DNA of 63,363 nucleotides, the filler included, from Octopus bimaculoides (taxonomy: Eukaryota): the NCBI RefSeq assembly GCF_001194135.2. It is 4 parts of 4 records of this genome, joined end to end, with 100 filler letters (N's around TTAATTAATTAA, not from the genome) between each part and the next. Parts side by side here need not be neighbours in the genome. Positions count along the whole stretch, not along the records: positions 16,968 to 46,269 come from NC_068985.1; 3 more parts are not named here. One strand, given 5' to 3'. A program made the position numbers and the translations under genes. How positions within the stretch are numbered: position 1 is the stretch's first letter; each line of letters opens with the position of its first letter. The notes under the pieces are model-generated. The model was not told where the DNA came from, searched no databases, and saw only the letters and a list, made by a program, of their open reading frames with translations. Below are positions 23,371-35,919 of this stretch, piece after piece.

Positions 23371-24211
23371 NNNNNNNNNNNNNNNNNNNNNNNNNNNNNN
23401 NNNNNNNNNNNNNNNNNNNNNNNNNNNNNNNNNNNNNNNNNNNNNNNNNNNNNNNNNNNNNNNNNNNNNNNNNNNNNNNNNNNNNNNNNNNNNNNNNNNN
23501 NNNNNNNNNNNNNNNNNNNNNNNNNNNNNNNNNNNNNNNNNNNNNNNNNNNNNNNNNNNNNNNNNNNNNNNNNNNNNNNNNNNNNNNNNNNNNNNNNNNN
23601 NNNNNNNNNNNNNNNNNNNNNNNNNNNNNNNNNNNNNNNNNNNNNNNNNNNNNNNNNNNNNNNNNNNNNNNNNNNNNNNNNNNNNNNNNNNNNNNNNNNN
23701 NNNNNNNNNNNNNNNNNNNNNNNNNNNNNNNNNNNNNNNNNNNNNNNNNNNNNNNNNNNNNNNNNNNNNNNNNNNNNNNNNNNNNNNNNNNNNNNNNNNN
23801 NNNNNNNNNNNNNNNNNNNNNNNNNNNNNNNNNNNNNNNNNNNNNNNNNNNNNNNNNNNNNNNNNNNNNNNNNNNNNNNNNNNNNNNNNNNNNNNNNNNN
23901 NNNNNNNNNNNNNNNNNNNNNNNNNNNNNNNNNNNNNNNNNNNNNNNNNNNNNNNNNNNNNNNNNNNNNNNNNNNNNNNNNNNNNNNNNNNNNNNNNNNN
24001 NNNNNNNNNNNNNNNNNNNNNNNNNNNNNNNNNNNNNNNNNNNNNNNNNNNNNNNNNNNNNNNNNNNNNNNNNNNNNNNNNNNNNNNNNNNNNNNNNNNN
24101 NNNNNNNNNNNNNNNNNNNNNNNNNNNNNNNNNNNNNNNNNNNNNNNNNNNNNNNNNNNNNNNNNNNNNNNNNNNNNNNNNNNNNNNNNNNNNNNNNNNN
24201 NNNNNNNNNNN

Positions 24212-25128
24212 CGTAATCCCACCTCCCTACTCGGCTCGTTCCCATGCTCCCGCCAACGCCGCCGCATTTGCCCCTACCTCTCCAACACCACCATCCTCAC
24301 AAGCTCCTATCATCGTCCCTATCATATCACTGACTCCTTTACCTACACTTCTAGCAACGTCATTTACTTCATCTCCTGCTCTTTCTGTCCTTCTCTGTAC
24401 ATCGGTCAAACAGATCGCTGCTTGGCTGACAGGTTCGCGAAGCACCTCCGAGACATTAGACTCGGCAATGATACCTCGGTCTCGCGCTATATCCGCTCTA
24501 CCGGTCATTCATTACAATACCTGTCTGTGTTCGGATTGTCTTTGCACAGGAGGCATCCGGCTCCCGCCTTCTCCGTGAACAGCAATTATTCTTCTCTCTT
24601 CGCTCCATTGCGCCACATGGGTTCAACTCACTCCCTTCTTCATCTAACTCCCTCCTCTCCTCTAATCATCTGACACCTACTTCCTTTCTTCACTCCTACC
24701 CACTTCTCGCTTGCCCTGACTCCTACTTCCTCTCTTCACTTCTACCCACCTCTCATCTCCATTCTTGCCCTAACATCTACTTCTTCTTTACGCGCCTGCC
24801 CACCTCCTCCTTTATTGATACCCTGTCCCTACACAACCCACCCCAACACATCCCAACCCACATACACATTTTGGGATCACCAGTACTTTATTATATCCCC
24901 TTCTTTCTAGCTCTCCTGTCTAACTACCTGTGTGCAACCAGTCGCCATGATTGACCAATAACTCCACAAGTTTTTCCATTGTACCTCTGTTTATTTCCTC
25001 GTGTTTCTTTCTGTTGATGAGCATAGGCTCGAAACGTAATAGACTTTCAGAGCGTCAAACTAATACACCTCCTTGTTGTTTATACACTTGTCTTCGTCTT
25101 TTGTTCTTTCTGTAAATTTCAACTATAT
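24212..25128 (+). mobile_element. Penelope-like retroelement 3' half: GIY-YIG endonuclease remnant plus pLTR
   Basis: FTYTSSNVIYFISCSFCPSLYIGQTDRCLADRFAKHLRDI is a typical PLE GIY-YIG (VIY..YIGQT..RF.EH), followed by a C/T-rich tail and hammerhead-bearing terminus. The 5' part is hidden in the gap. Confidence 0.88.
25006..25043 (+). ncRNA. Minimal type I hammerhead ribozyme motif (variant CUGUUGA core)
   Basis: UCUUU-CUGUUGA-U-GAGC auag GCUC-GAAA-CGU-A-AUAGA: stem I 4/5 bp, stem II 4 bp, palindromic ACGU stem III. Confidence 0.6.
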
Positions 25129-25134
25129 AATGAT

Positions 25135-25330
25135 TTCAAATTTTGGCACAAAACCACGAATTTCGGGTGAAGTCGATTACATTTTACTGGTACTTATTTT
25201 ATCAACCCCGAAAGAATGAAACGACAGGCAATGTCGATCTCGGCGAAGTTTGAACTCAGAACGTGAAGAAGGACGAAATGTCGCTAAGCATTTTACCCGG
25301 CATCTCAACATTCCTGTCAACTTGTCTCGT
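25135..25330 (-). mobile_element. SINE family A
   Basis: CTGGTACTTATTTTATCAACCCCGAAAG..TTTGAACTCAGAACG..GCTAAGCATTTT is the reverse complement of family A. Confidence 0.85.
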
Positions 25331-25999
25331 GTATGTCTGTATGTATGTATGTATGTATGTATGTATGTATGTATGTANNNNNNNNNNNNNNNNNNNNNNN
25401 NNNNNNNNNNNNNNNNNNNNNNNNNNNNNNNNNNNNNNNNNNNNNNNNNNNNNNNNNNNNNNNNNNNNNNNNNNNNNNNNNNNNNNNNNNNNNNNNNNNN
25501 NNNNNNNNNNNNNNNNNNNNNNNNNNNNNNNNNNNNNNNNNNNNNNNNNNNNNNNNNNNNNNNNNNNNNNNNNNNNNNNNNNNNNNNNNNNNNNNNNNNN
25601 NNNNNNNNNNNNNNNNNNNNNNNNNNNNNNNNNNNNNNNNNNNNNNNNNNNNNNNNNNNNNNNNNNNNNNNNNNNNNNNNNNNNNNNNNNNNNNNNNNNN
25701 NNNNNNNNNNNNNNNNNNNNNNNNNNNNNNNNNNNNNNNNNNNNNNNNNNNNNNNNNNNNNAATTGTGTATATATATATATATATATAATGTACTATCCG
25801 CGGTAGAAAATTCAGCAAAAATGTACTCCATCTGGTAAGAGATAACTATTATTATTTTAAAGGACACAGCACATGTTTTAAGTGTTACTAATAGTTCTAT
25901 ATGTTGAGAAATATCTGAAACATATTCATCAGGCACAAGCTGAATCTCATAACGAACTAAAAAAAAATTGAATGAGAAGAAACGTGAAGAAATTGAGAA

Positions 26000-28900
26000 G
26001 GCAGTATATAGAACACGCGGATGGTTACAAAAACCGGAAACCGAAACCACGAAAACTAAAATTAAAAAAATAAATGGTAAAAAACGTTAAAAGAATTAAC
26101 CTCCTTAGACCTTGATTTATAAGACTGAAAATATATCAATAAGTTAATCTGGAATAGCCGGAATTTTGCAATTCATCAAAATATATTTATACACATTCAT
26201 GCAACCACTGAAAATGTCAAGCCTAGAATTCAGTAGAGCGTTAGAGATCATAGATCTGAATAGGATCTGACCTCTTTCAGGTAAACTATGCCTACATTTA
26301 TTTGATCCATTAACATAAGATATGGGTTTCTCGGTTATTTTCCACTTAATTATCTGTTTCGTTATCGGGTTGCGACGTGGCATACCTTACAAGGGGAATC
26401 AAATATACTACACCAGTGGTGATGCTCCTGCTTACATATCTTGCAAGGCATTATTCCAAGTTTAAGGTGGGAAATATACCACCTGAGGTGGACCCTGCTT
26501 GGCTGGTGGCTGCTATCACCGCGCGCTTGGAGGTCAACATAACTAACCTCTAAGCCACTGCAACGGAACTCCAAAATTGGCAAGGGCAGAAGCTTGACAT
26601 GTTGACAGAGGCGGCCTCTGCTGACCTAGAAAATATTATTGATACTATACTGCTGGGGGAGACCAAGCTGCGAGTGATGGGCGAGGGGAGGAAGACTCGT
26701 TGCTACAAATGTGGCCAAAAAGGCCACATTACAGCAGAGTGCCAAGCTTCCCCCGAGTAAGAGACGGTGTCACCACCTACCGAGACAGCTAAAGAGATAC
26801 CAAAAGAGATACCAACGGAAACTGAAACGGAGGAGGAAGAAATGGAAGAAAATCAGGAGGAAGGATGACAGGTGAAGACCTGTAGAAAACACAAAAGAAA
26901 GTTAACGGCCTAATCCAACACAACTAGCCTCGCAGCCAAAAGCAAAAGAAAAAGAACAACAGAGCACACAAGTAACAAAAAATCTCTAACCCAAACTATT
27001 CTCGAACCATCTGGTAAAGAAGCTTACAGCAATCAATACTAACAATAAGGCACTGCTAATGAAACTAAAAGACACTCCAACAGCTAATGAAACTGAAAAC
27101 TTTGGGGAGAAAAACATTCCGGATGATATCGGAATTTTTGCTATAGATAGACAAAACTATAACATGTTAAAAAGCCAATATAGAAATGACATGGTCCCTC
27201 TGCGAATGAATTTCTCCCCTCTAAGTTATGAGGACCTGGTCAACAATACCCCACAAGACCCCAAAGCAACGGACTGAGATGGGTTTACCAGCTCATACGT
27301 AAAACTGTTTGTAAAAACCTTTTAATGGATACATTCAATGTAGGGTGATCTGGAGTCAAACTGGAAACAAGGTCGTTTCCTTAATGATCTCAGGTCGCAT
27401 AGATTAGATATTGTAATTGTCACAGAATCGAAACTGAGTAGTCAGAGAGGCTTTCCCTCTACTAAATGGCTACGAGAAATTTATTTCTCCATGCCTACCT
27501 GGAGGAGGGAGGGGAGTTGCTGTTATACTCAGGAAAAGTTTGGATTTAGAGAGAAAAACAATCTTTACTGACCCTGAGGGCAGGTTGGTCGTCGTTGACG
27601 TGACGCGCAGCAGTGATAAGGCCTTCAGGCTGGTGGCTGTCTACGCTCCGTCGGGAACTTGACAGTCTGACATTTTTAGAAACCTAGAGAACTTTCTAGG
27701 TACGTCTCACACTATGTTAGGTGGCTTTAACAGAGTCTTCGATGCACAAGTAGACTGTATTGGATCGCAGACGGATAGGAGGGGAAAGCCCCGCCTCAAA
27801 AATCTGTTCATTCGGTTTCAGTTAGCAGATAGGTTTAGACTAGATTTCCCGGACGCTCCATTTTGAACATGGTCTTATAGCTACGTGTCTTCTAGATCTT
27901 ATATAGACAGGATTATAATTATACAGAAAGATAAAATCCTTGTTAGTTTCCACAATTGCACCACGTCAGCTACAGCGATCACAAATTTGTGACCTGTAGA
28001 CTTGATTTAAATAATGTGCGTAGATAGGAATCCAGTTACCAGAAACTCAATAAGTCACTTTTGGATAATGAGGAGCACAGGAGCCGGGTCAGGCAGTTAG
28101 TTTTGAGGGCATTGACTGGGATCATTATTCACAACAAATGGTGGTATGCCTTCAAAAGATCCATAACATTTTAGTACATTAGGTATAGCAAAGTGTGAGT
28201 GGCTAAGAATAATAGAGTAGAAAACGCTTTAGTTATTGCTCTAGAGGAGGTGTTGGGGTCTGGCTCTGCGTCCCGAGTTTTAGCTGCGAGATTGGCTCTT
28301 ACACAACACTTAGCCATTAAATACGAGGGATGCATAGTCAGGGCTAAGCAATGTGTAATGACTCGGGAGGGAAACAAATCTGCTGGATGGGCTTGTGTGA
28401 TAGAGACCCAACGTACCAATGATGGCACAATAAGGTCTACGACGAATTAATAGGGTAACTTGGTAAACGAACCGGAGGAGATGCGTAAGGTATTTCAAAA
28501 GTATTTCGCACAGCTTTCCGGGAGGGGCAGCTGACCGGACTATAGGACGGACCTCACAGACTTCCTCGCCGGTATGCCTCGTCTCTCAGGGCGGGAGGCG
28601 GAATGTTGTGAAAGGCCGATCACAGCTGCGGAAGTGGAGGAGGCTTTGTCGGACTGCGGCGAGACAAGTCGCCGGGACTAGATGGTCTTGCTTATGAGAT
28701 TTATTGTAGTATGCCAGACTTGTTTGGGCACCTACTGGCACGCGTCTTCACCAACTGATAGCAGAAATGATGTATTCCCAGGTCTGTGAGCCAAGATGTC
28801 GGGGCGCTGCTTAGAAATGACCGAAACAAGGGAGATATTATAGATAAATTATGGCCCATCACTCTACTTCACGCTGTGTTGAAGATTTTGGCCAAGGTAT

Positions 28901-30800
28901 TAGTAAAAGGGTTCGCGCATGTCGTCGGTGGACTCGTCAGTGATGTAGAAACTTGTACCGTTCCCGGCAGATCCATACACAGCAATTTCCACCTTATATG
29001 CTATATCTTAGGAAGGGTTAACAGAATTCATAGCAAGGGTGAGGCTTTGGCCCATTGAGACCAGTCTAAAGCTTTTGACAGGGTTGACCATCCATCAATA
29101 TCTGGTGTCGGTCCTCGCGGCGGTCGGATTTGGCCCCGTCTTCCACACATGGATCGTTGCTTTATATAGCAACATCGACTCGATGATTCGGGTGGACGGG
29201 TTCTTCTCAAAATCATTTAACATCAAGCGCTCGGTTCATCAAGGATGTCCCCTCTCCCCACTTCTGTATGTGCTGACTCTGGAGCCTCTACTGCAGAAGT
29301 TAGTGAGTATGAGGGACAAACCGCGTGATCTAGGTCATGGAAGGTCAGTTACAGCTTATGCGGACGACATTACCATCATCATGTTCGTGATGGAATACCT
29401 ATAGAGGGGAGGCGAGGCAATTAAGGACTAAGTGGGGGTTGCAGGAGCAAAATTAACCGTGATTAGTCAGTCGGCTTAAAACTCGGCACCCGGAGATGCA
29501 AGTGAATACCCCCGGACAACGTCGTGGGGTGTTGGCCGGAGGGCTAGGTTAAAGTGCTAGGGGTTTCGTTTGGTAGATAGAGAACTGGAGGAGTGGTTAT
29601 CCCTAAAAGGGAGGTTGGAGGTTGCATAAGTTTTCCTCGCATCTGTGATCATCTGTTGCCTAAACGTCGTGCCTTGTCCCGATTCGTGGCTGAGCAAGTT
29701 GGAACGTCTGCTCTTTCGCTTCTTGCGGAAGGGTAGCGGTCCTCTTGTAAGGTGCTCTGTCTTCTGCTAATAACCGCTAAAGGGTGGACTAGGGATGCCT
29801 TAGTTGTTGATGCGCAGACATGCGCTGAAACTGAAGCACCTGTGCTCTACCTAGATGGTGAACAGGTGTGGTCTCCATTCGTTAAATCGTTAGTTCCTAT
29901 GTTTCCTAGTTTGACTGAACTAGAACCGTGGATCAAGCGTAGACCAAAGGTGACAGATTGGCAAGCGGAGTGCCGTAAGGCACGCTCGCTTTTATCTCGC
30001 ACGGATAACGCCAGCAGCGGGGTTCCACCTCGTCATTATATAGAGGGTTTCAACGAGAGTCAACTGGCCATCCTGTCTCGAAGGACATTCGGATAACTTC
30101 CAAAGATCTGTGGCTTGGCAATCTTACCGAGGAGCCTTACCAGTTCGCGAAAAACTCACAAGATATTGTGCTTCTTGTTCACTCATGTTTCCAAAATGCA
30201 AGCAAAACATGGAAAACGTTCCGCACGTAATGGAGCAGTGCCCGAAAATTTCAGAAATGTGGGTTTACGTTCAAGAACTGCTGTCACCGCTAGGAAGAGT
30301 ACAACTGTCTTCCGAGTCAATTTTAAAGATTGTTTCTCCTTCCTTCTTGAACAAAGAAGGTAAGGCTTGTTTTTACGCTATGGTTTCTATAGCGAAAGAG
30401 GTTGTATGGAGACTCGTGTGATACGAACTGCGACAAGCATCTTCATCTCCAATCTGGCTATGATGATATTCTTTGTTTTCCACCATAGGAAAATACGGCT
30501 GGAGAGGAAATGCCTGTCGCCTGATATATATGGGAAAAGATGGAAGGCTGTTGCAAGCTTGCTGAGAATGAATGAGCCTACATAAGTGTATCCATAAGGA
30601 CATCAAAAGGTTTCAGTGGTTGTACGGGGCTTGTGGCGTCGAAGCAGAACCCGTTCTCCACTTCATTGTTTTGTTTTTGTATTGTCTATCATTCGTGTTT
30701 ATCCAATCATTTTTCTCTCAAACCATTCAGTATATTGTATGACCCACTCCTGTGTATTGTCCCCTCTGTGTTAGCCCCTTATGGGTAATAAAGAACCAAC
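26000..30800 (+). mobile_element. Near full-length, inactivated Tx1/L1-clade LINE (ORF1 zinc knuckle; ORF2 EN + RT + C-terminal Zn motif)
   Basis: ORF1 RCYKCGQKGHITAEC (~26698). EN motifs (DIVIVTESKL, RLVAVYAP, SYIDRI, SDHK; 27330-27990). RT motifs (SPGLDGL, KAFDRV, QGCPLSPLLYVLTLEPL, YADD; 28660-29370). GALPVREKL..CPK near 30130. AATAAA at the 3' end. Many stops and frameshifts; 5' boundary approximate. Confidence 0.9.
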
Positions 30801-31304
30801 TATCTTTAATGACCAGCAATCCAACTGTCTGATATGATTAACTAGGTTTAACCAGAAATTTGAGTCCTCATTTTATTTTATTTTTAGAAATATTTTTTAT
30901 TTCATTTTCATTCGCACAAGTGTTTTACAACTTTTTTCACTTCACAAAGCTTTTCTATATCCTTGCGAACTTTTGTTTAAAATTACTATTAAAAATATAA
31001 CATTACTCGATATGACTTCAAGTTCTGTAAATAGAAGATATTTTAAGCTTTCTAAATTTTTAAACTATTTTTATCGATTTATTTGTACCTCTCATGAGAG
31101 AAATGCGACTATTTGCATCGGCTGTCATCCACTTTGATTTTTGTTATATAGACATATACATACATACATACATAATACATACATACATGCATACATACAT
31201 ACATACATAATACATACATACATGCATACATACATACATACATACACACACATACACACACATACACACAAACACACACACACGCACGCACACGCACACA
31301 CACG

Positions 31305-31336
<32 letters not shown>

Positions 31337-31347
31337 TATATATATAT

Positions 31348-31642
31348 GACGGCCTCTCCCGTTGAAGACGACGTATAAGTGTTCAGCTTTTGCCGTACGA
31401 CCTGCACAAACGATTTGCTTATAGTGATCAAATGTTCGGGCCGCACATTAGTTCAATCTCTCCTTCAAATCAAGGTTGTCTGAAAAGGTGCACTGTCTAC
31501 AACGCGTCAGTAGTTAAAGTGACTGCAGAACAACGCTAGATAAAGTGTTTTGCTTAAGAAGATAACGCATCACCTGGTCTTGGAATTTAAATCACGACTT
31601 AGCGACCCTAACACTTAAACCACGAAGTCATGCGCCCTCACG
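31348..31642 (-). mobile_element. CORE-type SINE family B
   Basis: TAAAGTGTTTTGCTTAAGAA..CTTAAACCACGAAGTCATGCGCC; homologous to 39640-39942. Confidence 0.75.
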
Positions 31643-31684
<42 letters not shown>

Positions 31685-33390
31685 ATTACATATAGATAGA
31701 GACAGAGACAGGTAGACAGGCAAAAAGACATATAGGCAGACAGAGATAGAGACCAAGAGACATCTTCATCCAAATCTGTAATTCATTTTCATCCTGTACG
31801 AAGAAGCTTTTATCATAAGCAAACTTAATCATCAAACAGTCTTTGTTGGTTTATTACAATTCAACATAAAAAGAGTTGGCTAACAGAAGATAATATATTC
31901 TACTCATGACACAATGAAAGACGATCTAGCTTCCATTTCTAATGTAAACATTATTCTTATTCTGTAAAGGAATCCAATAATCCTAGAACTATTAATAACT
32001 TTGTTTAGGTTTCCTTTCACTGGTATTAACATATAATGCACCAGGTAATAGTCTGCAATTTAAAATGCAAATTATCGGAAAGATAAATATTTGACCCGTT
32101 ATTGCTAGAAGCACCATTAGAAGTAAACTATTTATGAAAAATGAGGAAACATTCTAATATTAATGCACTTTAATATGGATCAAGGCAAACGATCTTGAGT
32201 AGGTATGTTACGTTTATGAACTTATCATATAGCTTTCGATTCCAATGGAAAGATTTTGCACTCTATCTAAATCGTTAATGCTGAGGGGAATCACGTGATC
32301 AGTGAGATTTTCCTGTCCCAAATCCTTAAGTTATAACCCTGTATCGTTGCATTTCTGCGATTATGAGAATTTGCTATCATCCTCTATTATTAGTTTTGTC
32401 AGTTAATATATGTTGCTGAAATTATTCTGCAAACGACTTAAATACAAAATCGTTTTCTATTTAGATAAATTATTCGATTTTATAACCTTTATCTGACACT
32501 ATAGTTAAAAGAACAGTAGAGGCTCATATTATTTTCATGACATTAAAATTAAGGAAATTTCAAAATATTCCGCTTGTCTTTGGAATTTTTGATTATAATG
32601 TAAGGAATTTTTTCATCATATTAACTTTACGTTCTGCTTCTGAGTTTCAAACAAACCCCGTTGGTTTACTTCTCGGTGTGACAAATATACATACCTATTT
32701 CATTTACATTTTAAAAGAAGTACGAGGTATCCCAAATGTAAATTCTCAGTAAGCTCTAACGTTAACGTTACTATGCATTACATATTCAGTTGTGATGAAG
32801 GTAAAAGATACAAATGCATCTGTTTTTCATGAAATCTCTTCGGCGGGATATTATATCAACGACTTAATTTGTAACCAAATATACCTTGACACACTATATT
32901 GATTTTAAAACAAAAACTATATAATAATATATATTAAATTTTAGAATATGATGCGCGTACATATACTGAAATTAAAAGTTTTAATATTTCACTTGATTTC
33001 TGGAAAATGGTTTTCTCTCTTATGATTTACAGTTAACCAAACAGCCTAGATATATTAATTGTTTTTATAAAGATTTTGTTTGTTTTAAATTGTATTTGAG
33101 TATTTAGCCTGCATTATAGGTATAAAACTTAAACTGTCTGCATATTATTTAACGTTGTAAAACAGCAATGATGGTCATAAGTACGTAAATCAACAGAATT
33201 TCCAAAGCAAGAATATCCAAAGCGAACTTTTTGCTTTTTTTTCTAAAACACTGAACCACAGCCTGAAATGTTTAGGCAAACGAATATTTATATTGGTAAA
33301 ATTTAGACAAAAGTTTCTATTTTGTAGGAATTAATCCTATGATGTGACAGCAAGGTATGTAATAAGTACTTGTCTACATATACATACACA

Positions 33391-33428
<38 letters not shown>

Positions 33429-33530
33429 AAAACGCATTTTCTTAGCCGAAAATACAAATACGCACAATATAAATCTTAACNNNNNNNNNNTGATAGTAAC
33501 AACTATTAAATAATTATTTAATATGAAATC

Positions 33531-33587
<57 letters not shown>

Positions 33588-34049
33588 GGTATGTATGTAT
33601 GTATGTATGTATGTATATGTGTGTGTGAATTTTTATATTGCAAGAACTTATATTCATTTGTGTATTTTTAAGTTATAAGGTAAATAAAAAACGACAAAAA
33701 TAAAAATAGGAAAAATAGTTGTTAATTTTACAGAATTAAGATAGAAAATACTTCATGTGGCTAAAAATATCAAGAAAAGCGATCATAGGTATAAGATATT
33801 GTAAGACTGAAAATTAACAATGTAGGGGAGATAAAGCTGGGGCAAGGTAGTAAATATTTTTTTAAAAAGTTATCGAAATTTATAGGTCGTCTATCTTTCT
33901 GTATAAATAAAAGCGTGAGTTGAAAAATTTAGCTTGGCATTAAGTGAGAGAGCTATATAGTAATATTATATAAATAATGAGTTTTTAACTAATATAAGGT
34001 CATTGTGTATTGTGAATATAAGAAAAAATATTTATTCATCTATGGAGTA

Positions 34050-35042
34050 GTGGCTGCACATAAGTATATTGAAAGATACGAATATAATTCATATATAAAA
34101 AAAATCTGGTAAAGGAAAATATTGGGGAGAAGGGTATCATAACACCATCTACTTGAGCGAAAGAAAATAATCTTTCCATCCCTTCATATTAAACTAGGAT
34201 TAATGAAATAATTTGTCAAAGCTATTTTAGCTAACTGCTTTAAATTCATATGTACAGCATTTCCTGGCCTAAGTTATGATAAAATAACGACTGGTGTTTT
34301 TGATGGGCCACTAATCAGGAAGTTAATGAAATGCCAAATTTTCTCGTACTTGATGGCTGACATACAAAAACAAAACATGGGATTCATTCTTGATTGTTTC
34401 TGAAAGGATTTTGAGGGGAGTGAGAAGGCTGCAAATTACAAGAACTTGGTGGAGATAATACTTGATAGCTTTCATCTTTTAGGCCACAACCTGCGCATTA
34501 AGCTTCATTTTCTCAATAGCCATCTCGATGAATTTCCTGCTAATTTCGGTGACGTGAGCGATGAACATGGTGAGCGTGTTTATCAAACAATCAAGTTTAC
34601 GGAGGAGTGGTATCAAGGCCAATGGGACACACACATGACGGCAGACTATTGTTGGAGCATTCAAAGAGTCTATGTAGACATGAAATACTCCAAATGCTCT
34701 CGTAAGCAAGAATTTGTTCCATGAATATGAAGATATATGTACGATTTTTTTGTGCATTAGCCATCATATTAGAAAATTACCAGTTTTTATTTAGTAAAAG
34801 GTGATGCTATCTTATATTTCGTATTCTATTGACATTTATAACTTATGGTTTTAATCTATAAGACTTAGTAAACTGTCCTGACCAAGTAAATTATTTATAC
34901 AGTACATGATAAAATAGGGAAATGCTATAGAATGAAAACCTGATGTGCAAGGAAAAAGTGGATGCCATATTTGAAATCAGCATCTCAAAATTAACTAAAG
35001 ACAATCACAAAACCGAAGCCACAAAAAGTGTGTTGACCAGTG
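34050..35042 (+). mobile_element. Chapaev-3-type (CMC superfamily) DNA transposon remnant with right terminus
   Basis: IIFPSLHIKLGLMK, VFDGPLIRKLM and IKLHFLNSHLDEFPANFGDVSDEHGERVYQ..YQGQWDTHMTADYCW match the Chapaev-3 transposase pattern. The end reads GTTGACCAGTG (reverse complement CACTGGTCAAC). Confidence 0.75.
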
Positions 35043-35784
35043 TTATTTTGAGTGTGGTGGGTTTTCTCAAACAATATCGGATGCGTGTTATAAGAAAAAA
35101 AGACTCGGAAGTATTTACTTTAATGTTGTAGCCGTATTTTTCTTTTGAACCGGGTAATATAAAAAATACACCATTGATATCGAAAATGTACTAAATTGTA
35201 TATTTGGAAACCTATTGCAAAATATTAAAACGCCAATCGATGCAATTCAAAATTTAAAAATAGCGATTAAAATGGCATATATCGGGTAAGAGTTTGAGAC
35301 TTGTTCATAAACAGTAGCACTGTTTCTTGTTGAACATATAATAGTCACTATAAATTCAATTAACCATAGACATATACTTTCTTTAGACTTATGTATCAAC
35401 ACCTAAAGCTACAAATTTTATTAAGATACTAACTTACATATAATTTGACCGAAGCTAAGTTTGAGGAACGAAATTGAGTTAGCGAAAACCCCAGAAGGTA
35501 TTGACGTAGTAATACATGGCCATTATCCGCAAATGTTTACAAAAATATTTCATTATATTTTGTTTGACTAGCTCTATGACTTTACTATAGCTCTAAGTCT
35601 GTTTCACAAAATTTACGAGAAAATTGAATTTCAAGACATACGTATACACACACATACAGACACAAACACAAACAGACAGACACACACACACACACCTACG
35701 TACATTTATATACGTACACATTAATATGTAGTTATATGTCGATATATGTATATAAGTATATATATGTATACACGTATATATCTA

Positions 35785-35820
<36 letters not shown>

Positions 35821-35854
35821 CATACATATGCATGTATGTATATTTGTATGTATG

Positions 35855-35919
<65 letters not shown>

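Noticed and set aside
18449-25838. Long ORFs of 200-460 aa in the ORF track
   Set aside because: They span N gaps (poly-X). Only the GIY-YIG segment after 24212 is meaningful.
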